64,000 nt of DNA, from the NCBI GenBank assembly GCA_964234715.1, contig OZ174276.1, one strand, 5' to 3'. How positions within the stretch are numbered: position 1 is the first letter of the stretch; every line of letters begins with the position of its first letter. Of the stretch, positions 26,960 to 39,633 are shown one piece after another. Under the pieces are notes generated by a model, which saw nothing but the letters and a program-made list of their open reading frames with translations, had not been told where the DNA came from and searched no databases. The stretch comes from Podarcis melisellensis. Taxonomy: Eukaryota. The position numbers and the translations under genes are program-made.

Positions 26960-29030
26960 TCAGTAAGGGCACAATAGCTGGGTTAGACGAAGGGTCCCTC
27001 TAGTCTATCATCCTGTTAGATGCTTCTAGGAGACCCGCCTGCAGCCTCCCCCATTGCTTCCTCCCTCCGCCCCCAGGAACTGGTATTCAGAGGTTCCATT
27101 TATTTACCATGACTGATAGCTGTTGATAGCCTTATCCTCCGTAAACCTGTCTAATCCTCTTTTAAAGTCATCACAACATCTTGCAGCAAGAAATTCCATA
27201 AGCTCATTACGTGCTGTTTGAAAAAGTACTTTCTTTTGTCTGTCCTGAATCTTATCACCAATTAATGTAAATAGTGACCCTGAATTCTAGTTAGGAAGGG
27301 GGAGGGATCTCTTTTTTTAGTTATTTTCTCTAGGCCATTCAAAATGTTTTTCTCCAGTACAACTTCCACAATATCCCTCTTGTTCACCTGTAAAAGCCTC
27401 AACTGCTTTAACCTTTCATGGTAGGGAAGGTGCTATACACTCATCATTGTGTGCCCTCTTTCAGCATTTGCTCCAGCTCTACAATATTCTTTATATTCAA
27501 ATACGGTTGTATTATAGCCTTGTACCAAGCCATTACAATACTGACCACTTTATTATTTAGAATCTTATAAACAATCCTTTATATGAAATTTGTTTTTATC
27601 ACTGATGTCTCACAATGAAGTGATGTTTTCCACCCGGCATATATGTGGGTGGAATTTTTTCTCTCGGTGTTTATCACTTCTCCATTTTCAGTTAACCTAA
27701 CTTGCTATTTTGTTTTGCCCATTCACTCAGTTTGCGGACACCCTTCAGGATAGGAGTAGGGACTCTGTCAAGAGTTCACCTGTGAGGGAGAGGTCAGCTT
27801 GGCCAGCACACTCCCCACAGGAAATGCACTAGGGAAGCACCACCCAGCAGGACTGAACTCAGCTCATCAGCTGATGAGAGGGGTGTTAAATCCTGCTGTT
27901 TTGACTGTATACCAGTTCCCTGTGGGGACCTGGTGGGCACAGCCAATGCAGAATTCAACCTCGCCCATCAGCTGATTGGCAGGTGGAAGTGCTTAGGGGA
28001 AAATTGGAGGTCAAATTGGACCCCCTGGTAGGCCAAGATTGGCCTGTCGGCTGTAGGATCCCTTTCCCTGCTTAAGGAGCTCTTCTCATTCTACATCAAG
28101 CCCCATTCTGATTGATATCATCCAAAAACTTGGCCACCTTACGACTTACTCCTTGACCTGATGTAAATAAGTTAAATCGCATTGGTTCCTATACATATCC
28201 TTGAGGGACTCCACTGCTTACTTCTGTCCATTGTGAATACTGTCAATTTGTTTATTCCTGTCTTATGATACCTCTTTTTTAACCAATTATCATGAGAGGA
28301 CCCCGAACAAAGGTTAGACTAATAGATTTGTAATTTCCTGATTTTCTGCCAGCTTTAAAAAGTTGATACAGTGTTATTTTAAGGAAATCAGTTTTAATGA
28401 CAAAGGTCATATTTTAATTGGATGATCAACGATTTCATATTGGGTGTGTGGCATCTGGTGACTTTTTTGTGGTCAATTAGCCATAGACCTTCATCTCTTG
28501 CCATCTCTAATGAATACTAGTTCCTGTATCTTCCACAGTGAATTCATCCGGCTTCTCAGTAATCTTCCTATTCTCATTTAGCAATTCTTTCACACCACTT
28601 TTGTCTTAACAGTCTGACAGCTCCCCAGGCTAGTTTCCTCATTCTAAAGGATCAAAATAAAGCTGTATAGTTTTGAACAATCTCCCTCAAATTTTATTCA
28701 CTTGGTTTATTGTCATTTTACATTTGTTTTACCAGAGTTTAAGCTCTTTTTGTTTTCCCAATTTGGACAAGGCATCCATTTTCTAAAAGAAAGCTTCTTC
28801 CTTTTACTGTTTCCTTGAAGTCTGCTCATTAACTAGGTGGGCATCTTCCTGGCTTTGTTTATTCCTTTCTAATCTGCTGTATAGATTTTATCTGAGCTTC
28901 TAGTACAGTATGTTTCATTAGCTTCTAAGTGTTCTGAAGACATCTGACTCTCCCTTTCAACTTCCTTTTAACTAATCCCCTCATTTATTAGGTTTCTTCC
29001 GTCAATAACATTATGATTGGCATTCTGGTA
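26960..29030 (-). mobile_element. Degraded CR1-like LINE, antisense, interrupted near 27750-28075
   Basis: Antisense CR1 3' motifs ('aagggtccctctagtc', 'ctaatcctcttttaaag', 'aaaaagtactttcttttgtctgtcctgaat', 'catatccttgagggactccact'). No intact ORF; boundaries approximate. Confidence 0.5.
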
Positions 29031-32000
29031 TTCTGACACTATTCTCATCTTGCTTTTGCCTTCAGGCTTTACACTTGGGACTTCAAGTACTGCAGGATAG
29101 TTATTTATTGTTTGATGAACAGCTTGTGTTTGTTAGCTGACAGAATAAAAGATTAGTACCTCTGTGTGTATCAGCTACTAGCTGAGGATGCATAGTGGTA
29201 GTGATGTGTAAAATGTTCATGATCTTCGATATTTTCATGCAAAAACCGTCATTTCAAAGGGTCCACAACTTCCCCTTTATTTCCATTTCAAGATTATTTT
29301 CATGCTTGTTCCACAGCTCTCTCCCCCACCACCTCCACTTCAGCTCAGCACTACATGATGTACTTTAATAGGTTAGACACACATGAGAGATGACACATTT
29401 TACAAATGATGCAGACTCAAACTCTTGGCAGATTCATTTGACTCCTCCACGCTGTCATTTATCCTGGGTCACTACTGAAATTCTGTTGATTTCACCAGCA
29501 CTAGACCTACCTCTACAGTATAAACACTTCTGATTGACATATGCACTGAGATTGTGTGGAATTCACCTAGGTATAGTCTGCTAGTGTTTAGGCCACTACA
29601 AATTGTATGCAGTAAAAAAGGGAGAAATTTTCCCATTCTTCAGCATGTGGCTTCAAAGCTGCGGCCTGTTTTATGTGCTGTTCAGTTCTTCTTGGAGATG
29701 CTACTGCAGGATCTGCCGCAATTGTCTCTCCTTCTCTATTGACATCCTGCAGTGAGGAGTGAGAGAAATCCCTGAAAATCAGCTGCTTTGACAGGCCAAG
29801 ATAGCAATGACACTAGGGTCAGATCTAGAATCTGGAAGAAACAGCTGATACCCCACTGATATTGGCTGCCCAAATTTCAGCGGCAGAAATCTCCCTTCTG
29901 CAATTGCTGCTGGAGCCTTTGCATGGCTTTTAAAAGACAATTACCTAAGATGATGTAGGAATCCAAATGCTGCTTGTTGTGTTGCTGCAAAATGGACTGT
30001 TGAGACATGTCCTCCCAATGCAGGAGTGCAAGGTAGAAGGCTAAATATGGCTGCATTCTAAGTGCACTGTAAGTATCACAAGCTACCAATGCATTGAATA
30101 GGTGTGAGGCAGAGAGCAGTAGAACTATGTAAGCCTCTCTTCCTTTCTCACAATTTTTCCTTTCCTTCTCATTCTCTGTATCCCTTGTTTCCTCTCTGCT
30201 CCCTTTCTCTAAGGGAGTCAAAATACTGGTTAAAAGTGCAATACTTCTAGATGGTTCAGGATATAAAGGAATCACGGGTTAATACCTGCCTTGAAAATCT
30301 CAAAACATTGCAAGGCCACGTTAGCCTGATATATACTGAAACTTTATGAAGATCAAGTTATGTCTGGTGCCTGTACAAAGATTTTTGGGAGATCAACAGG
30401 TTGGTGAGATCCCAGAAAAATGAAAGTGAGCATCTATCTACTCTTTTGTTGTTTCAAGTTAAGCCTGCTACATCAAAACACTGGCATCCCATATCTTATC
30501 ATTTATCTTTCTGTTTTTCCCCTGCAATGAAGAGTGACTGCTGAATGCAATAGAGAAGCAAGAAAGTGTGCTTTTGCGAAACTGCACCATTCCTCCAGGG
30601 CACAAGACACCAACCTTTTTGGACTAGTGGGCACATAATGAAATTTCAGAGTTCCAGGTCTCACAATGACTGCCATGAAGGCAGGGGTGGCATAACACAA
30701 AATAATTAGATGCCCACCACTGGCAACCTTATTCTTGCCCTGGAAAGTCAGCTGTGTTCTGCTGGTCCTGATTATGGAGATCCAACACTGACAGATGCTG
30801 TTGCTCTCTAATAACAACAGGGAGCATTCCCCAGGAAAAAGCAAAAAATATACTAGGTAGCCACACCACTCTCATTTTACAGAAATCACTTAGAAGGTGC
30901 CTGCAAATCTTACCCCATAACTTTCTTTCTAAGAAGGCCAGAGACACTTGCCCAGGGACACCACTGGTGACCTAGGGCTAGCAGGCCCTGTGTGGGAAAG
31001 CAACTCTCATTTTTCAGCAATGAGAAACGAAAACTGGCTGCTAGGAAAATACTCATGAAATGATCTCCTGACTGGCCAAAAGCTAATTGTTAATATTTCT
31101 GCTCATCAGAATGTCTTCATGTCAGACAGATGACATTTTGCCTGCAAGGCATCCTTGCCCTCTCTACTTGGCCCAATGGAAGCCTGCAGGCTGCATGGCC
31201 CTTAGAGACCAATCAGAGATACCGATGGAATAGCTGTTATACCCTCCTCCAAGCTCTACATGATAGCTGTCTCTTTCTAGGGCCCTACTGATTCTGTATA
31301 GTCATTTCAAAATATGTTACTTGCATGACCTCAGATACTCTAACACTGCAAAACGTTGTTCTCTAACATTGTTAGGGTCTCATATTTCCACTGGTTATGT
31401 AAGATCTGCCAAGGTGGCAAGACCTTTGAGGAGATTTCCTTCCACCTGGATTTTACATACTGTTTGGCTTGGGCTTCCGCAAAAGCAAGACCAAAAAACA
31501 AACAAACAAACAAAATAAGAAAAAAAATATCAGAATCATCTGAACTTCAAAGACAGTGGATCTACACCTTCAGACTAAATAAGGGTGCCTTTCCCAGACA
31601 GACAAATTTTGCATTATTAGAAACTTGCTTTGCCTGCAAAAGCAGAAATCTTCCCAAGATAATCTAAGCAGAGATTTTTATTTTGACTTCTTTATTTTTA
31701 AAAAAAAAAAAATCTGTGAACCAGACTGAGTTGATTTTGTTCTGGCTCATTAGAGAAAAATATTCAAGCTGATTCCTGCTTCTTTCAGAACTCATTTGAT
31801 CAGTGTCAGTAACTGTGGTGATTCATATAGTATAATATTGCCATTAACATCATTATTCAATTTAGCCTTTCCAATATTAAGAAGCAGTCCACCGCACACC
31901 TGCCCCAAATCATGAGAATTTGTATACAGTATATTTTAGTTGTACATTTTAGTTTTGAAGATAACCACCCAAATGCTTCCTGAATTGGACATTCTCAGTG

Positions 32001-32316
32001 GGTGTTTTTTGGGGGGAGGGGGTAAAAGAATCAGGCGCCTCTACTCATATATTGATAAAAGTGTTGTGGGTGCCAGCACAAAATGGCTGCCATGTGCTGC
32101 AAATGAATAAAATAAAAAGAAGTGCTGGTACTCTATATCCAGTGAGTACTTTAGCAGAAAGAGCCATGGACATGCTAATCTAGGGCATTGCCAAATTTCA
32201 AAACCTCCATAGAAATACAATTTCCTTAAACTAATTTAATTTAATGTAATGGAGAGGGTGAAGCATCATTAAGCAGAATCATTACCATATTGGCCCAAAT
32301 ATAAGCCGCACCTGAA

Positions 32317-32816
32317 CAGTGGCATTGCAAGGTGGGGACGGGGTGGGGGCGGTGCGCCCCGTGTTCCCTGTCGGGGGGGTGACAAGAAGGCACCCCGCGG
32401 TTGCCCTGCCGCCCTGGCCCGGGTGTGTCAGCATGAGCAGCCATCGTGCCGCTGCAGCCAAATGTGGAGGATCCTCTACTTGCAGCTGCAGCCGCGAGCA
32501 GAAGATCCCGCCACCATCCGTACGGCTCTTGGGTGGCAACAGCGGCAAACCGCTACATACAATGCATGCACTGTGTCGCACGCATTTGCTGTGCATACCG
32601 ACACCACACATGCGCTGTACATAGCGGTTTGCCACTGGCGCCGCTGGAGCACTGTACGGACGCGGTGAGATCTCTCCGCCGCCAGTAGGAGTCGCTCACA
32701 GCGAGCTGGGGGCCCCCCTCTCCGCCTCCCTCCCTCCCCGCTCGCCTTTTTTAAAGAGAAATTCCCTTATTTTGAATACGATTCCTCACAAGAAAAGGGG
32801 AAAGTTGACAGCTATG
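32317..32816. mobile_element. CpG-rich composite DNA-transposon remnant
   Basis: The left end resembles the 22541 family. The right 72 bp (32745-32816) nearly match the right part of the 835-924 MITE. Confidence 0.6.
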
Positions 32817-33368
32817 GGTGGTGGTGGGGAGGACCCCTCAGAAGGGGCCAGTGATTTGTGAGGTTCTGAGGAGATCGAGGGGAGTTAGGAGGAAGAAACC
32901 GGGGAGTCGGAGACGGGGAAAGGAGGAAGGAAAAGCTGGAAGAGGTCTCAGAAGCTGACCCTTGAGATCCCCTCTCTCCCCACCTCCGCTGTATCTCTGC
33001 TCAAGGAGAGGCTTGAAGTGAGGGGAGCAACTGGTGCTTCTGCACACCACATCAGACAAGGGGTGAGAGGTAAGAAAGCAGGAAGGGGCGGGGCCACACT
33101 GTTGCTCCAACTCTCCAAGATAGAGCACCGTTCTGCAGAGGTAAATTTCCTAGGCAGCTAGTTAGCAGGAAGGGGTGTGCATATCCCTTGCACCTTAGCG
33201 GCTGATGTAACCAAGTGCTTTGCTAATAAAGAACTAAAATTCCTGTCGCTTGACCTCATTGGTCTGGCTGCTGCATGCAGCATCCTTGTGTTTCAAGTGC
33301 TTCTGAGTCCTGGTGAGTTTTAACAACCATTAATGTGCAAGGTTACACTTTGTCTCCATCACAAGATT

Positions 33369-33580
33369 AGAGCCAGTGTGGTGTAGTATTTAAAAGTGTG
33401 GGACTAGGACCTGGGAGACCAGCGTTCAGTTATCCCTAATCCACTCGGCAAAGCTCACTTGGGGCAGTCACTCTCTCTCAGCCTCACCTACCTCAAAGAG
33501 GATTGTTGGGGGGGGGGTTAAATGAGGGGGAGAATCATCTATGCCGCTTTGAGCTTGAAAAGGGTGAGGTAAAATATGAG
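33369..33580 (+). mobile_element. tRNA-derived SINE (Squam3/MIR-like)
   Basis: A-box-like GTGGTGTAGTA head, then 'ggactaggacctgggagacc' and body 'ttggggcagtcactctctctcagcctcacctacctca'. Confidence 0.65.
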
Positions 33581-33732
33581 ATATATATAATGGGCTTGTC
33601 TTAGAAGATAGGAACCCCAGAAGTGTGGGCCACTGTTGAGTAATACACCCACCTGGTAACTAAAAATGGAAATGTGTTCTTTCACACACATGGTTACCTG
33701 CTATCTAAATTAAGCTTCCCATTACCTTCTAG

Positions 33733-35887
33733 ATTTCAACCCTGCAGTCAAACACCCTCATTCGGAAAGTGAAACGGACCCTGCCTAGCCCCCCACCGGA
33801 AGAAGCTCATCTCCCCCTGGCCAGCCAAGCTCACTCACAGATGTACATGCCGGGCCTCATGCAGAAGGGAGTGGCAGGGCCAGCCATTCAGGTGACGAAG
33901 GCCAGCCTCCTCAAAGACATTGACCGCGACTTGAAGCTAGTGGAGCACGAGTCCACAAAGCTGCGGAAGAAACAGGCTGAGCTTGATGAAGAAGAAAAGG
34001 AGATTGATGCCAAACTGAAGTACTTGGAACTGGGGATTACGCAGAGAAAAGAGTCTTTGCTGAAGGACAGGAACGTCCGTGACTATCCCTACCTGAGATG
34101 CTTGGGGGAAAACAGGGATTATATGTCTGACAGCGAGCTCAACAACCTACGACTCTCTGGCTATGAGAGTCTGACGAGGCCTAGTACTGCCCCTTCCAAT
34201 CAGTACGCTGACTTTTCCAGTGCACAGTACACATCAGCCTCCTCTTACACCCCATATCAGTACTCCTCAGGACAAGCTGCCCCACCAGCCCCAGCCACAT
34301 TCCAGCAAGCAAGGTTTCAGCCTCCACACTACCCCTCAGCAAGCAATGTCCCTGCGCAGAACGGATTCCAAGCAAGCCAGATGCCGGCCTACCCTTCCCA
34401 AACGACATACCAGAGTCACAGCTTTACTCCAAGCACCGGGTATCAGTCTGAACAGGTTCTGCAAAGTCACCAAGGCTTCCGGCCACCTTACCAAGCACAG
34501 ACCACGTATCCCAGTCAGACACCTCTGCAGCCAGCACAGAGCGCTCTTTTCCAGACCCACGCGGACACACACACCACCTCCCAGAAACCGCGACAGACAT
34601 CGCTAGCTGACCTCGAGCAGAAAATGCCCACTAATTATGAAGTAATAGGCAACCCCACTGTGGTCATCTCAGCCGCAACTCCAGAAGTGACGTACAGCAC
34701 CACAACTGTGACCAGCAGCTACGACCAGTACAAGCCGCCAGAAGGAAGGCTGGTGGACAGGAGCGGCGTAGCCCAAAGTCCCTCGACCAGCTATTCCTCT
34801 GACTCCCTCTACACCAACCTGGAGCAGAACATTCCTCGGAACTATGTAATGATTGATGACATCAGTGAACTAACCAAAGAGAGCACCTCAGCAGAGGGCC
34901 AAAAAGGAGATTCGCAGTTGCAGAGCAGCAATGGGCGATATATGAAAGAAAAGAGTGACTTCACAGACACAGATGTCTCCAGCAGGCCTTGTTGCTACCC
35001 AAAGGGAGAAGAGTCAGAGGAGGACATGTATGATCACCACGGCCCTGACCATCGTGGGAGAGGCTACCATAGGGGCCCAGAGAGCAATGGGAGGATGTCG
35101 GGTAGCTCCGGCTCCTACTACTATGGGGACAGTGATTACAGGCACTCCACTCGCCCAGACAAGCCTGGGTCCACCATGGGAGTGCAGAAGCACTCTTCCA
35201 AAAACTTGGCCCCAGCTGTCATCTCTTCTAAACGCAGCAAGCATCGGAAACAAGGTATGGAGCAGAAGATCTCAAAATTCTCCCCTATAGAAGAAGCGAG
35301 AGATGTGGAATCAGACCTGGCCTCTTACCCAGCAACCACGTCAGTCAGCAGCAGCAGTGTGGCATCCAGAGCAAAGAAGATGCAAGACGACATCACATAC
35401 GGCCTCAAAAAGAATGTATATGAACAGCAGAAGTACTATGGTGGGTCTGCCAGGGATACGATGGAAGAAGATGACAGGGCATACAGTGGCGGACGATCAA
35501 GATCGTCTGGTTATGTGTCGGAGAGAATGTCGAGCCGCGAGATCAGGAGCAGGTCCTACGAGAGAGAGAGCATGGAGAGGCCTCAGAGAGGCAGTTCCAA
35601 ACCTTCTTCCCTTAGCATGAGTCAAAGTCGCGGGCGACCTCCAATTCGCACACAAACCTCAGAAGAAGAGAGCCCCATCAGTCCTTTGGGGAAGTCCATG
35701 GGCGTATCGCGGTCCTCGGGTGGGCCTCTCCCTCAGTCTGCTGGGGACAGCTGCTCTCAGTTCTGCTCCAGTCACTCATTGCCTGATGTACAAGAACATA
35801 TCAAAGATGTGCCAAGAACCCACTCTTACAAGCATGAGGAAGGTTACATCATGGATGATTCACACTGTGTTGTTTCAGACAGTGAAG
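33733..35887 (+). CDS. BSN: Bassoon coding exon 6 (CC3 coiled coil and C-terminal region)
   Basis: Acceptor ttctag|ATT and donor GAA G|gtaatg, phase 0/1. Encodes RKVKRTLPSPPPEE, LKLVEHESTKLRKKQAELDEEEKEIDAKLKYLELGI, GMEQKISKFSPIEEA, HCVVSDSE. Confidence 0.97.
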
Positions 35888-36260
35888 GTAATGGCTACCT
35901 GTGGTAACTTAACCCCAGAGCATGCCCAAGCGGGTCATATTTGCAAGGACAATACCACAGCCTCCGTTTCCTTGCCAGGTGCCTTTCTCCCGCATTTTGC
36001 TTTGTTTTGGTGGTTCTGTGTTAGCATGCTGCACTCTGCATGTCCTACTGGTGCTCTGCTCACTGCTTGTTCAGTGTGATACTGTGCTATGATTCCTCTT
36101 TATCTATAGATATCTATTTCCCAAGCGGCTACTGTGGCATATCCTGTGTGCATGCAATCGGTTCCTTGCTTTCTTTTAATCCATTGCATGGCTTCATCCT
36201 GGGGTACATTCCCAACTGTGGATGAGGGGATTGACTGTGATTTGTTTTTGGTTTCTGAAG

Positions 36261-37099
36261 CCTATCACTTGGGTCAGGAGGAGACAGACTGGTTTGATAA
36301 GCCGAGGGAACCTCGTTCGGAGAGGATGAGGCATTATGGTGGCCACTCCTCATCCTCCCAAAGGAGGGGTCCAGTTAAGCACACCTATCACGACTATGAC
36401 GAGCCCCCGGATGAAGACATGTGGCATCACGATGACTACTCTCACCCGCGACACTCCTCTTCCAAAGAACACAGGCACCATGGAGACTACGGGAGGCATT
36501 CGTCCTCCTCTCGGCACTCCACCGATGACCTGCCAAAGAGGTCATCCAGGCAACATCCCAGAGATGCTGGCCGCCACGAGTCACGCGGACATGGGCAGCC
36601 CTCTTCCCAGAAGAAGGCTCAGCAGGCCGATATAAGAGCGCAGCCAGGTTATCCTTCCAGCTCCTCAGAGTACCCCCAGCAGTCTCGGCAGCCGTCAGGC
36701 TACCATCATACCTCAGAGTCCCAAAAATCGCAGAGGCAGGTGCAACATGGGCCGCCATCTCAGCAGCCAAAATCGGAGCCTCTTTCGCACCAACAGCAGC
36801 AGCAAGCGAGGCAGCAGCAAGTTGGGCAGCAGCAGCAGCAGCAGCCGTCATCCAGGCAGCAGCAGCCGTCGAGCAGACAGCAGCAGCAGCAGCAGCAAGC
36901 AGCTCCCTCGCAACAACCTTCTCAGCAACAGCAACAGCAAGCTAGGGTGCAGCAGCAGCAGCAGCAGCAGCCACCGCCAGCAGGAACCCAAGCCCAGCCC
37001 TCCTCACGGCCAGCCCAACAACAGCCTGGCCAAGCCCAGCCAGCAGGCAAACCCCAATCTGCCCTCCAAGCACAACCTGGCACTCACCCAGCGGGACCA
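36261..37099 (+). CDS. BSN: Bassoon coding exon 7 (His-rich and polyQ region)
   Basis: Acceptor tttctgaag|CC restores DSE-AYHLGQEETDWFDKPR. Donor CCA|gtaagt. Phase 1/0. Confidence 0.95.
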
Positions 37100-37410
37100 G
37101 TAAGTACCTACGTGCCTTTGTTCGGGGTCAGTTATACAGTAGGTCCCTCAGAGCTGACGACAGCTTGTTTTGCCCCACGTCAGGTGAGAGGGCTGGGCTA
37201 AGCGATGGCCTGTTCTGTAGTACAGGAGTCGCGCTGGGATTGCCTCACCTTAGAATGTCAAAGCAAGGAAATGTGCATTTGTGGACTGACTAGGTCGCTG
37301 TGGAGAATGAAGTCTTCCCAGCAGAGTAGTGGTTCATGGAACTAACAATAGGCTGCAGTAAGTTATAGAGGGGGCAGTTCGGACACAGACAAAGAAGAGG
37401 GGAGGGGAGA

Positions 37411-37474
37411 GGAAAGGAAAGGAAAGGAAAGGAAAGGAAAGGAAAGGAAAGGAAAGGAAAGGAAAGGAAAGGAA
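37411..37474. repeat. (GGAAA)12 microsatellite
   Basis: Direct read. Confidence 0.98.
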
Positions 37475-37749
37475 TGCACTTAAGGGAATGGCCTTTGTAT
37501 AGGAGCTTTATATGTAGCTTTCTTGATGGAGATCACAGGCAGTACCTCAGGAATCCTAGAGGGTGGGGAGTATCTGGTGGAGAATAGGGTGGGTGGATAA
37601 GGATTGTTGTGAGACATCCAGGATGACCTGGCAGTTAAACTCTAGGAAGAAGGCTAAGAGAAAGACCCCAGGAGATGGGCTTCATTTTACCATTATTCGT
37701 TCTCATATGCATTAAATAAATTCATAAATCACTGTTTGCTATATTACAG

Positions 37750-37846
37750 TCTAAAGCAGAGCAGATGGATGCATCCAAACCTACCACAAAAGTGCCACAG
37801 GTGGGGAAAGCACCCCAAACACAGCCACTGGGAGCAGCAGCAGGAG
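37750..37846 (+). CDS. BSN: Bassoon coding exon 8
   Basis: Acceptor attacag|TCT, donor G|gtcagt. Encodes SKAEQMDASKPTTKVPQVGKAPQTQPLGAAAG. Phase 0/1 bridges exons 7 and 9. Confidence 0.88.
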
Positions 37847-38580
37847 GTCAGTAGCTCCTTTCCAGCATCTGCAATTGTATGTGTTTTCCTTAAAAAGGGA
37901 GGCAGCACCAATAGTTCAGTAGGCTCAGATCTCTCTGAGGGACGTAAGATTGAAGTCAAAGGGAGTTCCAAGACCATTTACTGTGGGTGGGGGGGGGATA
38001 TCCTACCTGAGATTAAGAAGGCAAATGCTTTAGGTCATTTAGCCATGGTTGGCCCCAGAGTGTAGGCCAGTCAGCGTAGAATTAATTCACTTGAAACTAG
38101 TATTCTGTATGTCATAGAAAAGATAAACACAAGTAGAATGCCCAAAAGCAGCCTCCAGCTTCATTCCACATAGGGTACAATAGGTTCGCTTTGCATAGCT
38201 GTCAAAAATAAAAGGCTTCCCACTCCTGTCTCATTAACCAATTGGGGAAATGACTGCAAGTTGAGTTGTCTCATCATTCAGCTCCAATTTAAAATACTTT
38301 TTTCACCAAGAAGTTTTAGTTGTTTCTTGTGCCTGTCATACTGATATCTCACCAACACATTGTGCATCTTGGTTAACACTCTTAGAAATAGTGTGGCCAT
38401 CATTTTCTGGTGGAGGCGGTTAGACAGAGATTGGTTATGGCCTATGAATGTGGGGCGGGGAGTATATGCAAATTGCCAGTTGGACCTACCCTTGGTGATA
38501 TGGGAGGATATATATTTAAATAAATGCATATATGCAGCTAAATAAATCCATACAAATCAATTTCTCTCTCTCTCCAACAG

Positions 38581-38721
38581 GCATTAAGATAGGTTCCAAA
38601 CCAGCAGGTGCTCCCACTTCTGCAGGGGCAGCGACTGGACTGCCAGGAGCTGAGGGAGAGAGCGTCTTCTCCAAAATCCTGCCAGGAGGGGCAGCAGAAC
38701 AAGCAGGCAAATTGACAGAAG
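38581..38721 (+). CDS. BSN: Bassoon coding exon 9
   Basis: Acceptor ctctccaacag|GC, donor G|gtgaga. Encodes GESVFSKILPGGAAEQAGKLTE. Phase 1/1. Confidence 0.96.
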
Positions 38722-38859
38722 GTGAGAGGTTTCAGAGGCATCTTTCTTGGATGCCCCATGTCAAAGCACGCGGGATTTGCTCCTGGAGACAGCTCACCTG
38801 TCTTCATGCTTGCACACGTGGATTTGTTCAACACTTCTTGCAGGACAAATGGCAGAACT

Positions 38860-39030
38860 GCAGGGCAACTGCTAATTCAGACCACCGGTCCGCCTAGCTC
38901 AGTATTATCTACACTGACTGGTAGTGGCTCCCTGGGATTTCAGGCAGGAGTCTCCCTCAGGCCTCTCCGGAGCAGGCAGAAATCTGAACCTGGGACCTTC
39001 TGCACTCACAGCAGATGCTCCGCTGCTGAG
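38860..39030 (-). mobile_element. tRNA-derived SINE remnant, antisense
   Basis: 'ctagctcagtattatctacactgactgg..tgaacctgggaccttctgca' is the reverse-complement relative of 9378-9520. Confidence 0.55.
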
Positions 39031-39592
39031 ACACAGCACTTGTTTTAGTTTACACCTATGTGAGAATACAAGAAATAAGAAGCCAGCAAGAAAAGTAAAA
39101 GCTGTGAAAACGAAATCAAAATAAAGAAAATGGGGATTGGGTGGTAGAACACTGAAGGAAAAAGCCACGTTAGCATAGCAGACCATCAACACAGCAGGCC
39201 AAAAGTGCTCACTTGATGAGGAGGATCACTAAGGGCTAAAACAGAATTGCCTTATCCCAATGGCCAGCAGCTGCTTTCCATCAGCTCAGGCTAACCCTTC
39301 TGTTGGGAGATCCATTTTTACTTGAAATGCCAGGAAGTGACTTTCCTTCTACTTGCAAAGCATGTAACCATAGTCCCTTCCTGTGTCACAAACAGAGATG
39401 TGGGGACGGAGGGTGATAACGGGACTGGCAATGTGAAGGCTGATAATATGGAGGAGGGGCTCTTGTGAAATAGAAGAAGGGCCCTAAAAACTGAAGATTC
39501 AGTGGGAAAGAGGTGAGTGGGGGAAAGATGCAGTCAGTCTTTGCTACCGCATATGCTGATGGCATTTATTTCTCTTACTTTTACTCCCATAG

Positions 39593-39633
39593 CTGTGTCA
39601 GCTTTTGGCAAGAAATTCACATCATTTTGGTGA
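39593..39633 (+). CDS. BSN: Bassoon last coding exon 10 (AVSAFGKKFTSFW-stop); the exon continues as UTR to 39647
   Basis: Acceptor cccatag|CT. TGA at 39631-39633. Matches the conserved Bassoon C-terminus. Donor GG|gtgagt at 39648. Confidence 0.96.

Noticed and set aside
32830-33245. Possible solo LTR (purine-rich, AATAAA near 33225)
   Set aside because: No clear TG...CA termini or TSD could be identified.
36134-36260. N-terminal extension of the 355-aa ORF
   Set aside because: Intronic. Homology and phase place the exon start at 36261.
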